64,000 nt of DNA from Dehalococcoidia bacterium (lineage in GTDB: Bacteria; Chloroflexota; Dehalococcoidia; Plut-88900), in contig OZ240219.1 in the NCBI GenBank assembly GCA_965197645.1, positions 2,176,001 through 2,240,000 on the forward strand, given 5' to 3'. Position 1 is the stretch's first letter, and every line of letters begins with the position of its first letter. Under the pieces are notes generated by a model. The model did no database searches. It had not been told where the DNA came from and worked only from the letters and a program-made list of their open reading frames with translations. Positions 9,752 to 19,032 of this stretch are shown here, piece after piece. The translations under genes and the position numbers were made by a program.

Positions 9752-10483
9752 ATGATGAGTGGTGAAGCTACAAGGGACTTACTACCCCCCTACCCTCCCT
9801 ACTCCGCGTGGCGCCAGCTGCTGCAGGAGCTGCGGTCGGATGTCCCGGCCCGGATAGACCAGAGCTATCTCAGGCTGCACAAATACAACCAGTCCACCGT
9901 GTCCATGTTGCAGAACGCCCTCCGATTTTTGCAGTTGATCGATCAACAGGACGCGCCGACTCCGGAGCTACGATCATTGGTCAAGTCCGAGGGTGAGGAG
10001 TACCAGACCCAATTGCGCCAACTGCTCGGGCAGAGCTACGGGCCGCTGATCTCCGGAATCGATCTCTCTAACATCACCCCGGACCTGCTGCGGGAGCAGT
10101 TCCAGGCGCTGGGGGCCAGGGGCGATGTTGCGCGTAAGTGCGGCTCCTTCTTCGTAGCCCTGGCCAAAGACGCCGGGCTGCGTATCTCGCCTCACCTCCG
10201 ACTCCGCCAGCGCCAGCCCGGCGGACAGACAACTTCTCAACGTCCATCCAAGCCCAAGCGCTCCGCCCCAAATCAGCCCCAGCGCCAGGCCCCGAAGCCG
10301 GTTGCGGAACCTGTAGCGTCCAACAAGGCGCCGGACAACTCCGCCATCAGCCTTATCCTGGACAAGTTTCCTGCCTTTGACCCCAACTGGGACCAGGAGA
10401 CGGTAGAAAGGTGGCGGGACAGCATGGAAGCGCTTCTCAAGACCGCCCTGGGCAAAGGGAACGCTCCGCAGCCGAGCAGCTAG
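9752..10483 (+). CDS. DUF5343-like protein
   Basis: N-terminal PPYPPY...VPARIDQSYL...ALRFLQLID...PT and C-terminal LDKFPAFDPNW, recalled as DUF5343 family features. Confidence 0.7.
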   Translation: MMSGEATRDLLPPYPPYSAWRQLLQELRSDVPARIDQSYLRLHKYNQSTVSMLQNALRFLQLIDQQDAPTPELRSLVKSEGEEYQTQLRQLLGQSYGPLISGIDLSNITPDLLREQFQALGARGDVARKCGSFFVALAKDAGLRISPHLRLRQRQPGGQTTSQRPSKPKRSAPNQPQRQAPKPVAEPVASNKAPDNSAISLILDKFPAFDPNWDQETVERWRDSMEALLKTALGKGNAPQPSS

Positions 10484-10539
10484 CGTTCGCCGGCCGGTTG
10501 CAGGGATATGCTAGTATCCCAGCGTAGGATCGCAGCGTT

Positions 10540-11130
10540 ATGGTCAAACCTCCGATAGGGATAGACCTGGATGGGGTAATATGCCGCCCTCCGTTGGGTC
10601 TTAACCTAAGCATATACAGGGGACCCTATGTCGGCCGCAAGAAACGAAGTCTCTATCCTAAGTTCGGCGAGAATCCCCTCGTCTCCTTGGTCTTGACATT
10701 GAAATACATGGGCCGCCGGCCGATGTATGATGCCCGCTCCGGCCTGCAGGCCATTCGGGAGCACAGAGACCTGTTCCTCGTCACCAGCCGAAACAGCCTG
10801 GTCCATGATCAGGTGGTGGCATGGCTCTCCCACAACGATCTTCTCCCGCTCTTTTCCGCCATCCACACCAACGACTCCGGGCTCCCTTCGCCCGAGTTTA
10901 AAGAGCGGAAGGTGCGTGAGCTGGGCATATCGGAGTTCGTCGACGACGATGGTCGTGTCGCCGACTATCTCGCCCGGCGAGGCCTTGCTCGAATCTACCT
11001 GAGAGACTGGCCCCGGAACCACGGCTACCGGTACGCGGACAATGTGACGCGAGTCCCTTCCCTACTCCGGGTGGCAACCCTCCTGGCCGAGCGGGATGGC
11101 GAAATGCCGCCGGGTGCACCGGCGGCATGA
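10540..11130 (+). CDS. HAD-superfamily protein (5'-nucleotidase-like)
   Basis: IDLDGV, VTSR, K and FVDD HAD motifs. Confidence 0.8.
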   Translation: MVKPPIGIDLDGVICRPPLGLNLSIYRGPYVGRKKRSLYPKFGENPLVSLVLTLKYMGRRPMYDARSGLQAIREHRDLFLVTSRNSLVHDQVVAWLSHNDLLPLFSAIHTNDSGLPSPEFKERKVRELGISEFVDDDGRVADYLARRGLARIYLRDWPRNHGYRYADNVTRVPSLLRVATLLAERDGEMPPGAPAA

Positions 11131-11146
11131 AAGATGCCCCTGATAT

Positions 11147-11175
11147 TTGACGGGCATATTTTGTTACCTTACACT
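11147..11175 (+). promoter_or_regulatory. Sigma70-type promoter of the lipid operon
   Basis: TTGACG-17 nt-TACACT upstream of ATG 11223. Confidence 0.6.
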
Positions 11176-11222
11176 CAGTGCAGGATTCCTCATCTCACTG
11201 AATACCGATATCGAGTCGCCGA

Positions 11223-11966
11223 ATGAAGGCAGTTCTACTGGCAGGGGGGCGGGGAACACGGTTGCGCCCCCTCACCGATGACATCCCGAAGTCGATGGTG
11301 CCCGTGTGCAATAAGCCGATCCTGCAATGGCAGCTGGAGTGGTTGAAGGCACAGGGTGTCAGCGAGTTCGTCCTATCTCTGGGCCACCTGCCCGATAGGG
11401 TCCGCGATCACTTTGGCGATGGCGGAGACTTCGGCGTGTCGATCCAGTATGCTGTGGAAGACGAGCCGTTAGGCACCGCCGGCGGGCTGCGAAGGGCACT
11501 GGAAGTAGCCCGGATCGATGGCCCCTTCTTCGCAACCAACGGAGATGTGCTCACCAATCTGAACCCCGGCCGATTGGAGGCCCAGCGTCGGGCCTTGAAG
11601 GCGGTGGGCGGGATCAGCCTCGTGGCCCTGACCTCGCCCTATGGGATCGTCGAGATGGGTGGAAACGGTCTGGTCCGGTCCTTCCGTGAGAAACCCACCC
11701 TGCCCGACTACTGGCTCAGCGCGGGGGTCTACAGCTTCGGCCCCGAGATACTATCCTACCTCCCTGTTAGGGGAAGCCTGGAGCACGAGGTGTTCCCTCT
11801 GCTGTCCAGGCGTAATCTTCTGGCGGCATACAAGTTCGATAGCTGCCTGTGGCGCTCCATCGATGGACACAAGGACCTGGAGGAAGCGTCAGAGCATATG
11901 GCGAGCATGGCCGATCCGACATTGAGCGCTACGCCCCAATCCCTCAGTCCTCAGCCCACTCCGTGA
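11223..11966 (+). CDS. Nucleotidyltransferase (sugar/polyol-phosphate NTP transferase)
   Basis: LAGGRGTRLRP...PK, EPLGTAG, NGD and EKP motifs. Confidence 0.9.
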   Translation: MKAVLLAGGRGTRLRPLTDDIPKSMVPVCNKPILQWQLEWLKAQGVSEFVLSLGHLPDRVRDHFGDGGDFGVSIQYAVEDEPLGTAGGLRRALEVARIDGPFFATNGDVLTNLNPGRLEAQRRALKAVGGISLVALTSPYGIVEMGGNGLVRSFREKPTLPDYWLSAGVYSFGPEILSYLPVRGSLEHEVFPLLSRRNLLAAYKFDSCLWRSIDGHKDLEEASEHMASMADPTLSATPQSLSPQPTP

Positions 11967-11987
11967 GTACACCTATCTACGCAGCCC

Positions 11988-14291
11988 ATGGGAAAGCTTA
12001 GCGAATTCTACTCGGGCAAGACGCTATTCCTCACGGGAGGAACGGGCCTGGTCGGCAAGGTACTGGTGGAGGCGATGCTCCGCCAGCTCTCCGATATCGA
12101 GAAGATATACGTTCTAATACGCCCCAAGCCCCGCCCGGGCGGCGTCACCGTCACTAGCGAAGACCGGCTTCGGCAGGAGGTCCAGGGCTCAGCCGCCTTC
12201 GACCTGCCGCGATCAGAACAGAGAGAGACTCTCTCCGATCTCTTCCAAGCCAAGGTCAAGGCGGTGGAGGGCGACCTCGCGTTGGAGAAGATGGGCCTCG
12301 ATGACGATACCTACCGGACGCTGCAGCGAGAGGTCAATATCCTGATCAACTGCGCTGCTATCGTCTCCTTCGATGCCGCCATAGATAACGCCCTGGCCCT
12401 GAATGCCCTGGGCCCCAGACGGCTCCTGGAGTTCGCCAGAGGGTGTGAGGACGTCGGCGTGGTCCAGGTCTCCACCTGTTATGTGAATGCGGCCCGCACC
12501 GGGTCCATCTATGAAGAGCCCTTAGACCCTCGATGGACCGTCGGCCAGGCTGGCGGCGTCGATAAGAGACCTTACGAGGTCGACGAGGAGATTGCCGCCA
12601 TTGCCAAACGCGCCCGGGAGATTAGAGAGGCCTCGGGAGAACCCAAAACAAAAGCCGATACCGAACTGATTGACGGCAAGGTCTCCGAGTTCGGCATGAA
12701 GTGGGCCCAGGCCCGCGGCTGGCACGATGTATACACCTTCACCAAGGCCATGGGCGAGCAGATATTCGGCAAGGATTTGGGCACGACCCGGGGTGCGATC
12801 ATCCGACCCGCCATCATCGAAAGCGTGTGGCGTTCCCCCCTACCCGGCTGGCTGAACGGGTATCGAATGCTGGACCCTCTCATCGTAGCCTACGGCCGCG
12901 GCCGTTTGATCGATTTCCCCGGCAACGGATCGAGCATACTCGACATAATACCTGTTGATTTAGTCGTAAACTCCATTCTGGCCATAGCTCGCGAGGTATA
13001 TCAGGGCCGGTCCAAACCGGTCTATCAGATAGCGTCCGGAATGGAGAATCCGTTGACCCTCCAGGGGTTTGCCGACCTGGTGGACGAGTACTTCCAGGAG
13101 AACCCCTTCGAGAGCCAGACGAACGGTCAGGGACGCGGCAGGGAGCTTAAGAAGCCCACCTTTCCCAATACTCAGACCTTCCTTCGCAGGTTGAAGCGCC
13201 GGTACTACCTTCCTGCTAAGGTGGCCAAAGCCCTGGTGACACCCCTATCCTTTACACACTGGGGCCGGGCCAAGAAGGTGGATCTCCGTACCAAGCTCTC
13301 CGCTCTGGAGCGTCTTCATCAATACGGGCGGCTCTACGGTCCCTACGCCGAGAGCAACTGCGAGTTTCAGACCGTTAACACCAGGGAGGCCTGGCGAGCC
13401 CTCGATGCCGAGGACCGGGAGAGCTTCAACTTCGACATCTCCCAGCTTGACTGGCCCACCTACATCAAACGGGTACACGTGCCCGGGGTGAAGAAATATC
13501 TACTGGGCATGACTGATGAGCCACCGAACGAAGCGGAATTGGAAGCGGCCCTGGAGGCGCACGGCCCAGCTTCGCCACTGCCCCAATCGTTGATGGGCAA
13601 CCTGCCCACCTTCGAGGAGCTGGAGCCGTGGCTGAGGCCAAATATAGTCAGGAGCACCATCAGGAAGATGGGTTCGGCCGTGGTGTTTATCGGGTTCAAT
13701 CTCTGGGTTCGCCACCATTCCAAAGGGTTGGAGAACGTGCCGGACAAGGGGCCCTTCATAGTCGCTTCCAACCACTCCAGCCATCTGGACGCTCCGGCCA
13801 TTCTCTTCGCCCTATCAAAGCGCCCCTTTGAGATCCATCCGACGGCGGCCAAGGACTACTTCTTTGGGGACAAGCTCAAAGCGATTCTGGTCCGCAGCGT
13901 GTTCCGAGCAATCCCCTTCGAAAGGCGCGGCCCGGCAACCGATGGTCTTCACCTACCCCTTGGCATACTGAAAATGGGACGCCCCATGGTCTTCTTCCCC
14001 GAAGGCGGCAGAAGTAAGTCCGGCAAGATCCTGACCTTCAAGAACGGGATAGGTATGCTTGGCCTTATGTCAGGCGCTCCCGTGGTACCCGCTCGAATCT
14101 CTGGATCGTACCAGTCCATGCCTAAAGGCAGCCGTTTCCCCAAACGAGGCCGGGTGACGGTCCGGTTCGGGCCCCCGATTCTCACCGAGCCCTACAGGGC
14201 GCGTATCGATGCCACCAGCATCGCCGAGGTCTGCCGAGAGCTTTCCAGCGACGTGCAGAAGGCCGTCGAGGCGCTGAATGGCAAACGATAG
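11988..14291 (+). CDS. Fatty acyl-CoA reductase (FAR) fused to PlsC-type acyltransferase
   Basis: TGGTGLVGK, YTFTK, IRPAIIES, DIIPVD (FAR); NHSSHLD and FPEGGRS (acyltransferase). Confidence 0.9.
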   Translation: MGKLSEFYSGKTLFLTGGTGLVGKVLVEAMLRQLSDIEKIYVLIRPKPRPGGVTVTSEDRLRQEVQGSAAFDLPRSEQRETLSDLFQAKVKAVEGDLALEKMGLDDDTYRTLQREVNILINCAAIVSFDAAIDNALALNALGPRRLLEFARGCEDVGVVQVSTCYVNAARTGSIYEEPLDPRWTVGQAGGVDKRPYEVDEEIAAIAKRAREIREASGEPKTKADTELIDGKVSEFGMKWAQARGWHDVYTFTKAMGEQIFGKDLGTTRGAIIRPAIIESVWRSPLPGWLNGYRMLDPLIVAYGRGRLIDFPGNGSSILDIIPVDLVVNSILAIAREVYQGRSKPVYQIASGMENPLTLQGFADLVDEYFQENPFESQTNGQGRGRELKKPTFPNTQTFLRRLKRRYYLPAKVAKALVTPLSFTHWGRAKKVDLRTKLSALERLHQYGRLYGPYAESNCEFQTVNTREAWRALDAEDRESFNFDISQLDWPTYIKRVHVPGVKKYLLGMTDEPPNEAELEAALEAHGPASPLPQSLMGNLPTFEELEPWLRPNIVRSTIRKMGSAVVFIGFNLWVRHHSKGLENVPDKGPFIVASNHSSHLDAPAILFALSKRPFEIHPTAAKDYFFGDKLKAILVRSVFRAIPFERRGPATDGLHLPLGILKMGRPMVFFPEGGRSKSGKILTFKNGIGMLGLMSGAPVVPARISGSYQSMPKGSRFPKRGRVTVRFGPPILTEPYRARIDATSIAEVCRELSSDVQKAVEALNGKR

Positions 14292-15012
14292 CGCCGGAGC
14301 AAACGTAGGCGCCTTCTTCGACGTCGATGGGACTATCGCCAACTCCAACCTCATCCACCCCTACGCTGACTTCCGTCTGAGCAACGCCGGCCCCATCGGT
14401 AAGATGGCATGGCTCGCCCGAATCGCCTCCAGTCTGCCCTACTACGCTGTCCTGGATACCCTCAACAGGGCCTGGTTCAACCGGGCGTTCATTCGCAGCT
14501 ACAAGGGAGTGCACGTGGAACGGCTCTACTCATGGGCCCGGTCTCGAGGCCGGGAGTTCTGGTCGAGCCGCCTGTATCCCGCTGCCGTGACCCGGATTCA
14601 GTTTCACCAGGAGCAGGGCCACAAGATCGTGCTGGTGACCGGAGGGTTGAAGCCTGTCGTCGAGCCGCTGGCCCAAATGCTGAATGCCGATGGTCTTGGC
14701 GCCGTGGTGCCGGAGACTGTGGGCTCCCGTTTGACGGGCGAGACCGTCGGAGGCGTACTCTCCGGAGCAGCCAAGGCGAAGACCGCCGTCCGGATGGCTG
14801 ACGAGCTCGGCATAGACCTGAACAGCAGCTATGCCTACGCCGACAGCTACGCCGACGTTGAGTTCCTCCAGTGCGCCGCTCATCCGATAGCGGTCAATCC
14901 GGACCGCCGGTTACGCAGAGTCGTCCGAGCCAGGGGGTGGGAATCTCACCGGTGGGCCAAGGCCAGGGCCTCCGAACTATCGCTCTCCACCACCTCGATG
15001 AAAAGGCGGTAG
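14278..15012 (+). CDS. HAD-IB family phosphatase (SerB-like)
   Basis: FFDVDGT, VTG, K, AYADSYAD and AVNPD; overlaps the upstream gene by 14 nt. Confidence 0.9.
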   Translation: MANDSAGANVGAFFDVDGTIANSNLIHPYADFRLSNAGPIGKMAWLARIASSLPYYAVLDTLNRAWFNRAFIRSYKGVHVERLYSWARSRGREFWSSRLYPAAVTRIQFHQEQGHKIVLVTGGLKPVVEPLAQMLNADGLGAVVPETVGSRLTGETVGGVLSGAAKAKTAVRMADELGIDLNSSYAYADSYADVEFLQCAAHPIAVNPDRRLRRVVRARGWESHRWAKARASELSLSTTSMKRR

Positions 15013-15037
15013 ACTTTCAGCAATCCGGTGATCGACG

Positions 15038-16276
15038 ATGAAAGCCCTCCTCTTCAAGAAGAGCATCCCCAGATATCTATGGACTCGTGTACTGACCTCG
15101 GGATCGTCCAGGTTGGCTACAGCGCCGGGTTCCTGCCTGTCCCTGCAGGACGTTCCGGCCCCCCGTTTGCCCAACTCCTCCTGGGTACGGGTGAGGCCTC
15201 TCCTCAGCGGTATATGCGGCTCTGATCTATCGGTGATCAGGTGCCAGGGAAGCGCCTTTCTTTCCGGCATGACCTCTTTCCCGTTCATCCCGGGGCACGA
15301 GGTGTACGGGGAGGTGATCGAGACGGGACCGGAGGTGAAGACCGTCGGCCTCGAAGATCGGGTCGTGGTGGAGCCTGCCCTCGGCTGTGAAGTCCGAGGT
15401 TTCCCGGATCTCTGTACGGCATGTCGGGACGGCAGGCATGCCAACTGCCTGCGGGTTACTCAAGGAGACATTGCAGAAGGCCTGCAAACAGGTTTTTGTC
15501 GCAGTGTCGGCGGTGGCTGGGGAGACCAGCTGGTCGCCCACCAAAGCCAGCTTCACAAAACTGCACCGGACCTGCCGGCCGAGGCCGCCGTGCTGGTGGA
15601 GCCCTTCAGCTGCGCCGTACACGCGGTGTTGCGATCTGGCGTTGGCCAAAACGACCGTGTGTTGGTAGTGGGTTGCGGCCCCATCGGGCTCCTCACCGTC
15701 GCTGCGTTGCGGAGCCTGGTGGCCAACTGCGAGATCGTCGTCGTTGCTAAACATCCGCATCAGCGGGCGCTGGCACAATCTCTCGGAGCCGACCACATCG
15801 TCTCAGAGGGGCAGAAGGGCTACGAAAGGCTGGCCAGCCTAACCGAGGCGCAGATCAGGAAGACGGCCCTGGGCAAACCAGCCGTTCTAGGTGGTTTCTC
15901 CCACGTTTTCGAGTGTGTCGGTTCGCCGGGGGCGCTGGAAGACGCCGTGCGGTGGGCATCGGACAACGGAACCGTGATGATGCAGGGAATGCCCTCCGGG
16001 GCAGGGGCCGATCTGGTACCCTTGTGGTACAAGCAGGTCAGCCTAGTCGGGAGCTACGCCTACGGATTGGAAGACGTGAAGGGCGGACCGGTCAAGACCT
16101 TCCAGCTGGCGTTGGACCTGATGAGAAAGGACGGGCTGGCCGAAAGGCTGGCCCAACTGGTGCGGCACAAGTACCCGTTGAGCCGCTACAAAGAGGCCAT
16201 CTATACGGCTATGCACGCCGGACGGTTGGGCAGTGTGAAGACCGTCTTCGATGTCACCGACGGCGCTCTAAACTAG
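15038..16276 (+). CDS. Zinc-dependent (MDR) alcohol/polyol dehydrogenase
   Basis: GICGSD, GHE, structural Zn cysteines and GCGPIG. Confidence 0.9.
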   Translation: MKALLFKKSIPRYLWTRVLTSGSSRLATAPGSCLSLQDVPAPRLPNSSWVRVRPLLSGICGSDLSVIRCQGSAFLSGMTSFPFIPGHEVYGEVIETGPEVKTVGLEDRVVVEPALGCEVRGFPDLCTACRDGRHANCLRVTQGDIAEGLQTGFCRSVGGGWGDQLVAHQSQLHKTAPDLPAEAAVLVEPFSCAVHAVLRSGVGQNDRVLVVGCGPIGLLTVAALRSLVANCEIVVVAKHPHQRALAQSLGADHIVSEGQKGYERLASLTEAQIRKTALGKPAVLGGFSHVFECVGSPGALEDAVRWASDNGTVMMQGMPSGAGADLVPLWYKQVSLVGSYAYGLEDVKGGPVKTFQLALDLMRKDGLAERLAQLVRHKYPLSRYKEAIYTAMHAGRLGSVKTVFDVTDGALN

Positions 16277-16288
16277 ACGAGGACAAAC

Positions 16289-17899
16289 ATGGCGAAAACC
16301 CCTACCCAAGCCCTTGAACTGGACAAGGAGAAGCTTGTCACCCGAGTGGAGAAGTCAGGCGAGCGGTATCTGTTCTTCTACGGCGAGGGGTTTCGGTACG
16401 AGAAGCTGCCGGTGGGAACGCGAGTCGTCTACCCGCCTCCACCCCTCCCCCCCATCGAAGACGTGGACGCGGCCATCGAGCAGGCACTGGAGAACCCACT
16501 GGACGCCGATCCGCTCTCGGCCCAGCTCCGAGCCGGGATGAAGCTGACCATCGCCTTCGACGACATCTCCCTGCCCCTGCCCCCGATGCGTTCGCCCGAC
16601 ATCCGGAAGAGGGTCATCGAGAAGGTGGTCGCCAAAGCGACAGAGCGCGGCGTCGAGGACATCCACCTCATCGCGGCCCTGGGTCTTCATCGCTCCATGA
16701 CCCCCGGCGAGCTGAAGGGAATCTTGGGTCGAAAGCTGTTCAACCAGTTTCACCCGGACAGGCTGTACAACTTCGATGCCGAGGACAAGGAGAACCTCAT
16801 AGTCCTGGGAAAGACCTCCCGCGGGCAGGAGGTGGAGATATCCCGAAGGGTGGGCGAGTCGGACCTGCTGGTGTACGTCAACATCAACCTGGTCTCCATG
16901 GATGGGGGCGAGAAATCGATCAACACGGGGCTGGTCAGCTATCGCAGCATCCGCCATCATCACAACGTCGATACGCTGATGCACTCCGAGTCCTACATGG
17001 ACCCGACGAGGTCAGCCCTCCACGACGCCTGCCAGGGCATGCAGACCGTAGTCGACGAGAACCTCAAGGTGTTCAAGATCGAGACCGCCATCAACACCAA
17101 CGCCTTCCCATCGGTCCTGAGGCACCTCCAGATGCAGGAGTCCGAGTGGAAGATATGGGACAGAGCGACATTCCATGCCAACCGGTTGTCCCTGGACCGC
17201 ATGCCCTTCCAGCTCCGCTGGAACATATTCCAGAAGATGAAGTCTCCCTACGGGATGACCGACATCGCCGCCGGCGCCACTGCCCCGGTGCACGATCAGA
17301 TACTGAGCAGCGTATACCGGCAGCAGGCTGTACCCGTATCCGGTCAGGCCGACGTGATGGTGTTAGGGATGCCGTACCTCAGTCCCTACAACGTCAACTC
17401 CTATTTGAACCCGATACTGGTCCACGTTCTTGGAGTGGGGTACGTCTTCAATCTGTATCGCGGGAAGCCGTTGGTCCGTCGAGGCGGGGTGATGATATTC
17501 ACCCATCCCCTCGAAGAACGGTTCAACGAGACCCACCATCCGTCATACGTGGACTTCTATAACAACGTGCTGACCGAGACACGGGACGCCGCCGAGATCG
17601 AGTCCCGGTTCGAGGAGGAGTTCGCTCACAACCAGCGATACATAGACCTGTACCGAAACTCCTACGCCTACCACGGCGTCCATCCCTTCTACATGTGGTA
17701 CTGGGCCTGCTACGGCCAGGATTATCTGGGCAGGATCATCGTGGTGGGCGCAAAGGACAAGGCAGTGGCCGACAGGCTGGGATACGAGACCGCCCCCAAC
17801 ATGGAGATGGCCCTCGCCATGGCCCAGGATACCGTAGGCAACAACCCCGAAATATCCATGTACCACTTCCCGCCCATATTCCTGTGCGACGTAGACTAG
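16289..17899 (+). CDS. LarA (lactate racemase)/DUF2088-superfamily protein
   Basis: ALENP...L, FDDISLP, IAALGLHR, DGGEKS and IRHHH motifs align with the LarA N-terminal domain. Confidence 0.8.
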   Translation: MAKTPTQALELDKEKLVTRVEKSGERYLFFYGEGFRYEKLPVGTRVVYPPPPLPPIEDVDAAIEQALENPLDADPLSAQLRAGMKLTIAFDDISLPLPPMRSPDIRKRVIEKVVAKATERGVEDIHLIAALGLHRSMTPGELKGILGRKLFNQFHPDRLYNFDAEDKENLIVLGKTSRGQEVEISRRVGESDLLVYVNINLVSMDGGEKSINTGLVSYRSIRHHHNVDTLMHSESYMDPTRSALHDACQGMQTVVDENLKVFKIETAINTNAFPSVLRHLQMQESEWKIWDRATFHANRLSLDRMPFQLRWNIFQKMKSPYGMTDIAAGATAPVHDQILSSVYRQQAVPVSGQADVMVLGMPYLSPYNVNSYLNPILVHVLGVGYVFNLYRGKPLVRRGGVMIFTHPLEERFNETHHPSYVDFYNNVLTETRDAAEIESRFEEEFAHNQRYIDLYRNSYAYHGVHPFYMWYWACYGQDYLGRIIVVGAKDKAVADRLGYETAPNMEMALAMAQDTVGNNPEISMYHFPPIFLCDVD

Positions 17900-17902
17900 A
17901 CA

Positions 17903-18811
17903 ATGGATATAGGTCAGCGTTGGACGGTGATCGCCAACCCCGTATCGGGAAAGGGTAAGGGGCGAAAGCTGGGCGGCCGGGTTGCTAGGCTGCTGGCCCG
18001 TTCCGGCGTAGAGTCCAACCTCCTCTGGACCAGCGGCCCCGGAGATGCGGAACGGCTGGCCGGCGAGTCGATATCCAAGGGAGTTGACGGCATAGTTGCC
18101 TGTGGCGGCGACGGCACTCTTCACGAGGTGGTCAACGGCGTGTACGGCTCTTCCGAGCACCCCGAAACCGTGCCCATCGCCGTGGCTCCCGCCGGCCGGT
18201 GCAACGATTTCCGCCGCACCCTGAATCTGCCTAAAGAGCCGATGGAGACCGTAGGAAGTATCGTGGATGGCTCCATCAAGCGGGTAGACCTTGGACGGAT
18301 CGAGGGCCGCTACTTCACCACGGTGGCAACCCTGGGCTTCGATAGCGCCGTGAGCCGGTACGTAGCCAGCGGCAGACATCCCTTCTTTCTCACCGGCGCC
18401 CCAGCCTACGTGTACGCAGTCCTCGCTCAGCTGATCAGCTACCACGATGTCCCGGTCAGATTGAAGGGGGACTCTCTGGACTTCGAAGGCGCCGTCTTCC
18501 TCGCTGCCACGGGCAACACCCCCGTCTATGGCGGCGCCATGAAGATAGCCCCCAGCGCCGTGGCGGACGATGGCTTCTTGGACCTGTGCCTCGTCAGGTC
18601 CGTCAATCGCTGGGAGGTGCTGAAGATGCTGCCTCGGATATTCAATGGGGGCCACGTCCACCATCCGGCGGTATCAATGCACCGGCTAACCCGATTGGCC
18701 ATCGAATCGGACGAGAGCCTTCCCGTCTGGGCGGACGGTGAGCCGATGGCGCAGACGCCGACAACCATAGAGGTGGTGCCCGAGGGTCTCTCTATAGTGG
18801 CGCCGGGGTAG
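17903..18811 (+). CDS. Diacylglycerol/lipid kinase (DgkB/YegS family)
   Basis: NPVSG, GGDGT, GRCNDF, GGAM and DGE motifs. Confidence 0.9.
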   Translation: MDIGQRWTVIANPVSGKGKGRKLGGRVARLLARSGVESNLLWTSGPGDAERLAGESISKGVDGIVACGGDGTLHEVVNGVYGSSEHPETVPIAVAPAGRCNDFRRTLNLPKEPMETVGSIVDGSIKRVDLGRIEGRYFTTVATLGFDSAVSRYVASGRHPFFLTGAPAYVYAVLAQLISYHDVPVRLKGDSLDFEGAVFLAATGNTPVYGGAMKIAPSAVADDGFLDLCLVRSVNRWEVLKMLPRIFNGGHVHHPAVSMHRLTRLAIESDESLPVWADGEPMAQTPTTIEVVPEGLSIVAPG

Positions 18812-18833
18812 CCCGGCCTCTCCACGACGCGAA

Positions 18834-18872
18834 AAGAGGCGCCCCGATTTGACCGGAGCGCCTCTTCTCTTT
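18834..18872 (+). terminator. Intrinsic terminator of the lipid operon
   Basis: AAGAGGCGC...GCGCCTCTT stem followed by CTCTTT. Confidence 0.7.
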
Positions 18873-19015
18873 CAGCCTGTCCTATAAAGACGGATGTTTT
18901 TCTCCCAGCCGCCCGCCCTCAGACGGTTTTGTAGCCGGGGGCACATCCCCCAAGCCCCCTGCCAGAGGGAAGTTTCCCTCTGGACTCCCTCTATTCGAGG
19001 TTCTCAGGCAGGCTT
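18873..19015. mobile_element. Degenerate copy of the 143-bp MITE
   Basis: Colinear with 20778..20920 (core GGGGGCACATCCCCCA.GCCCCCTGCCAGAGGGAAGTTTCCCTCTGGACTC); decayed terminal inverted repeats. Confidence 0.7.
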
Positions 19016-19032
19016 GTCGGCCCTCTGGGGAA

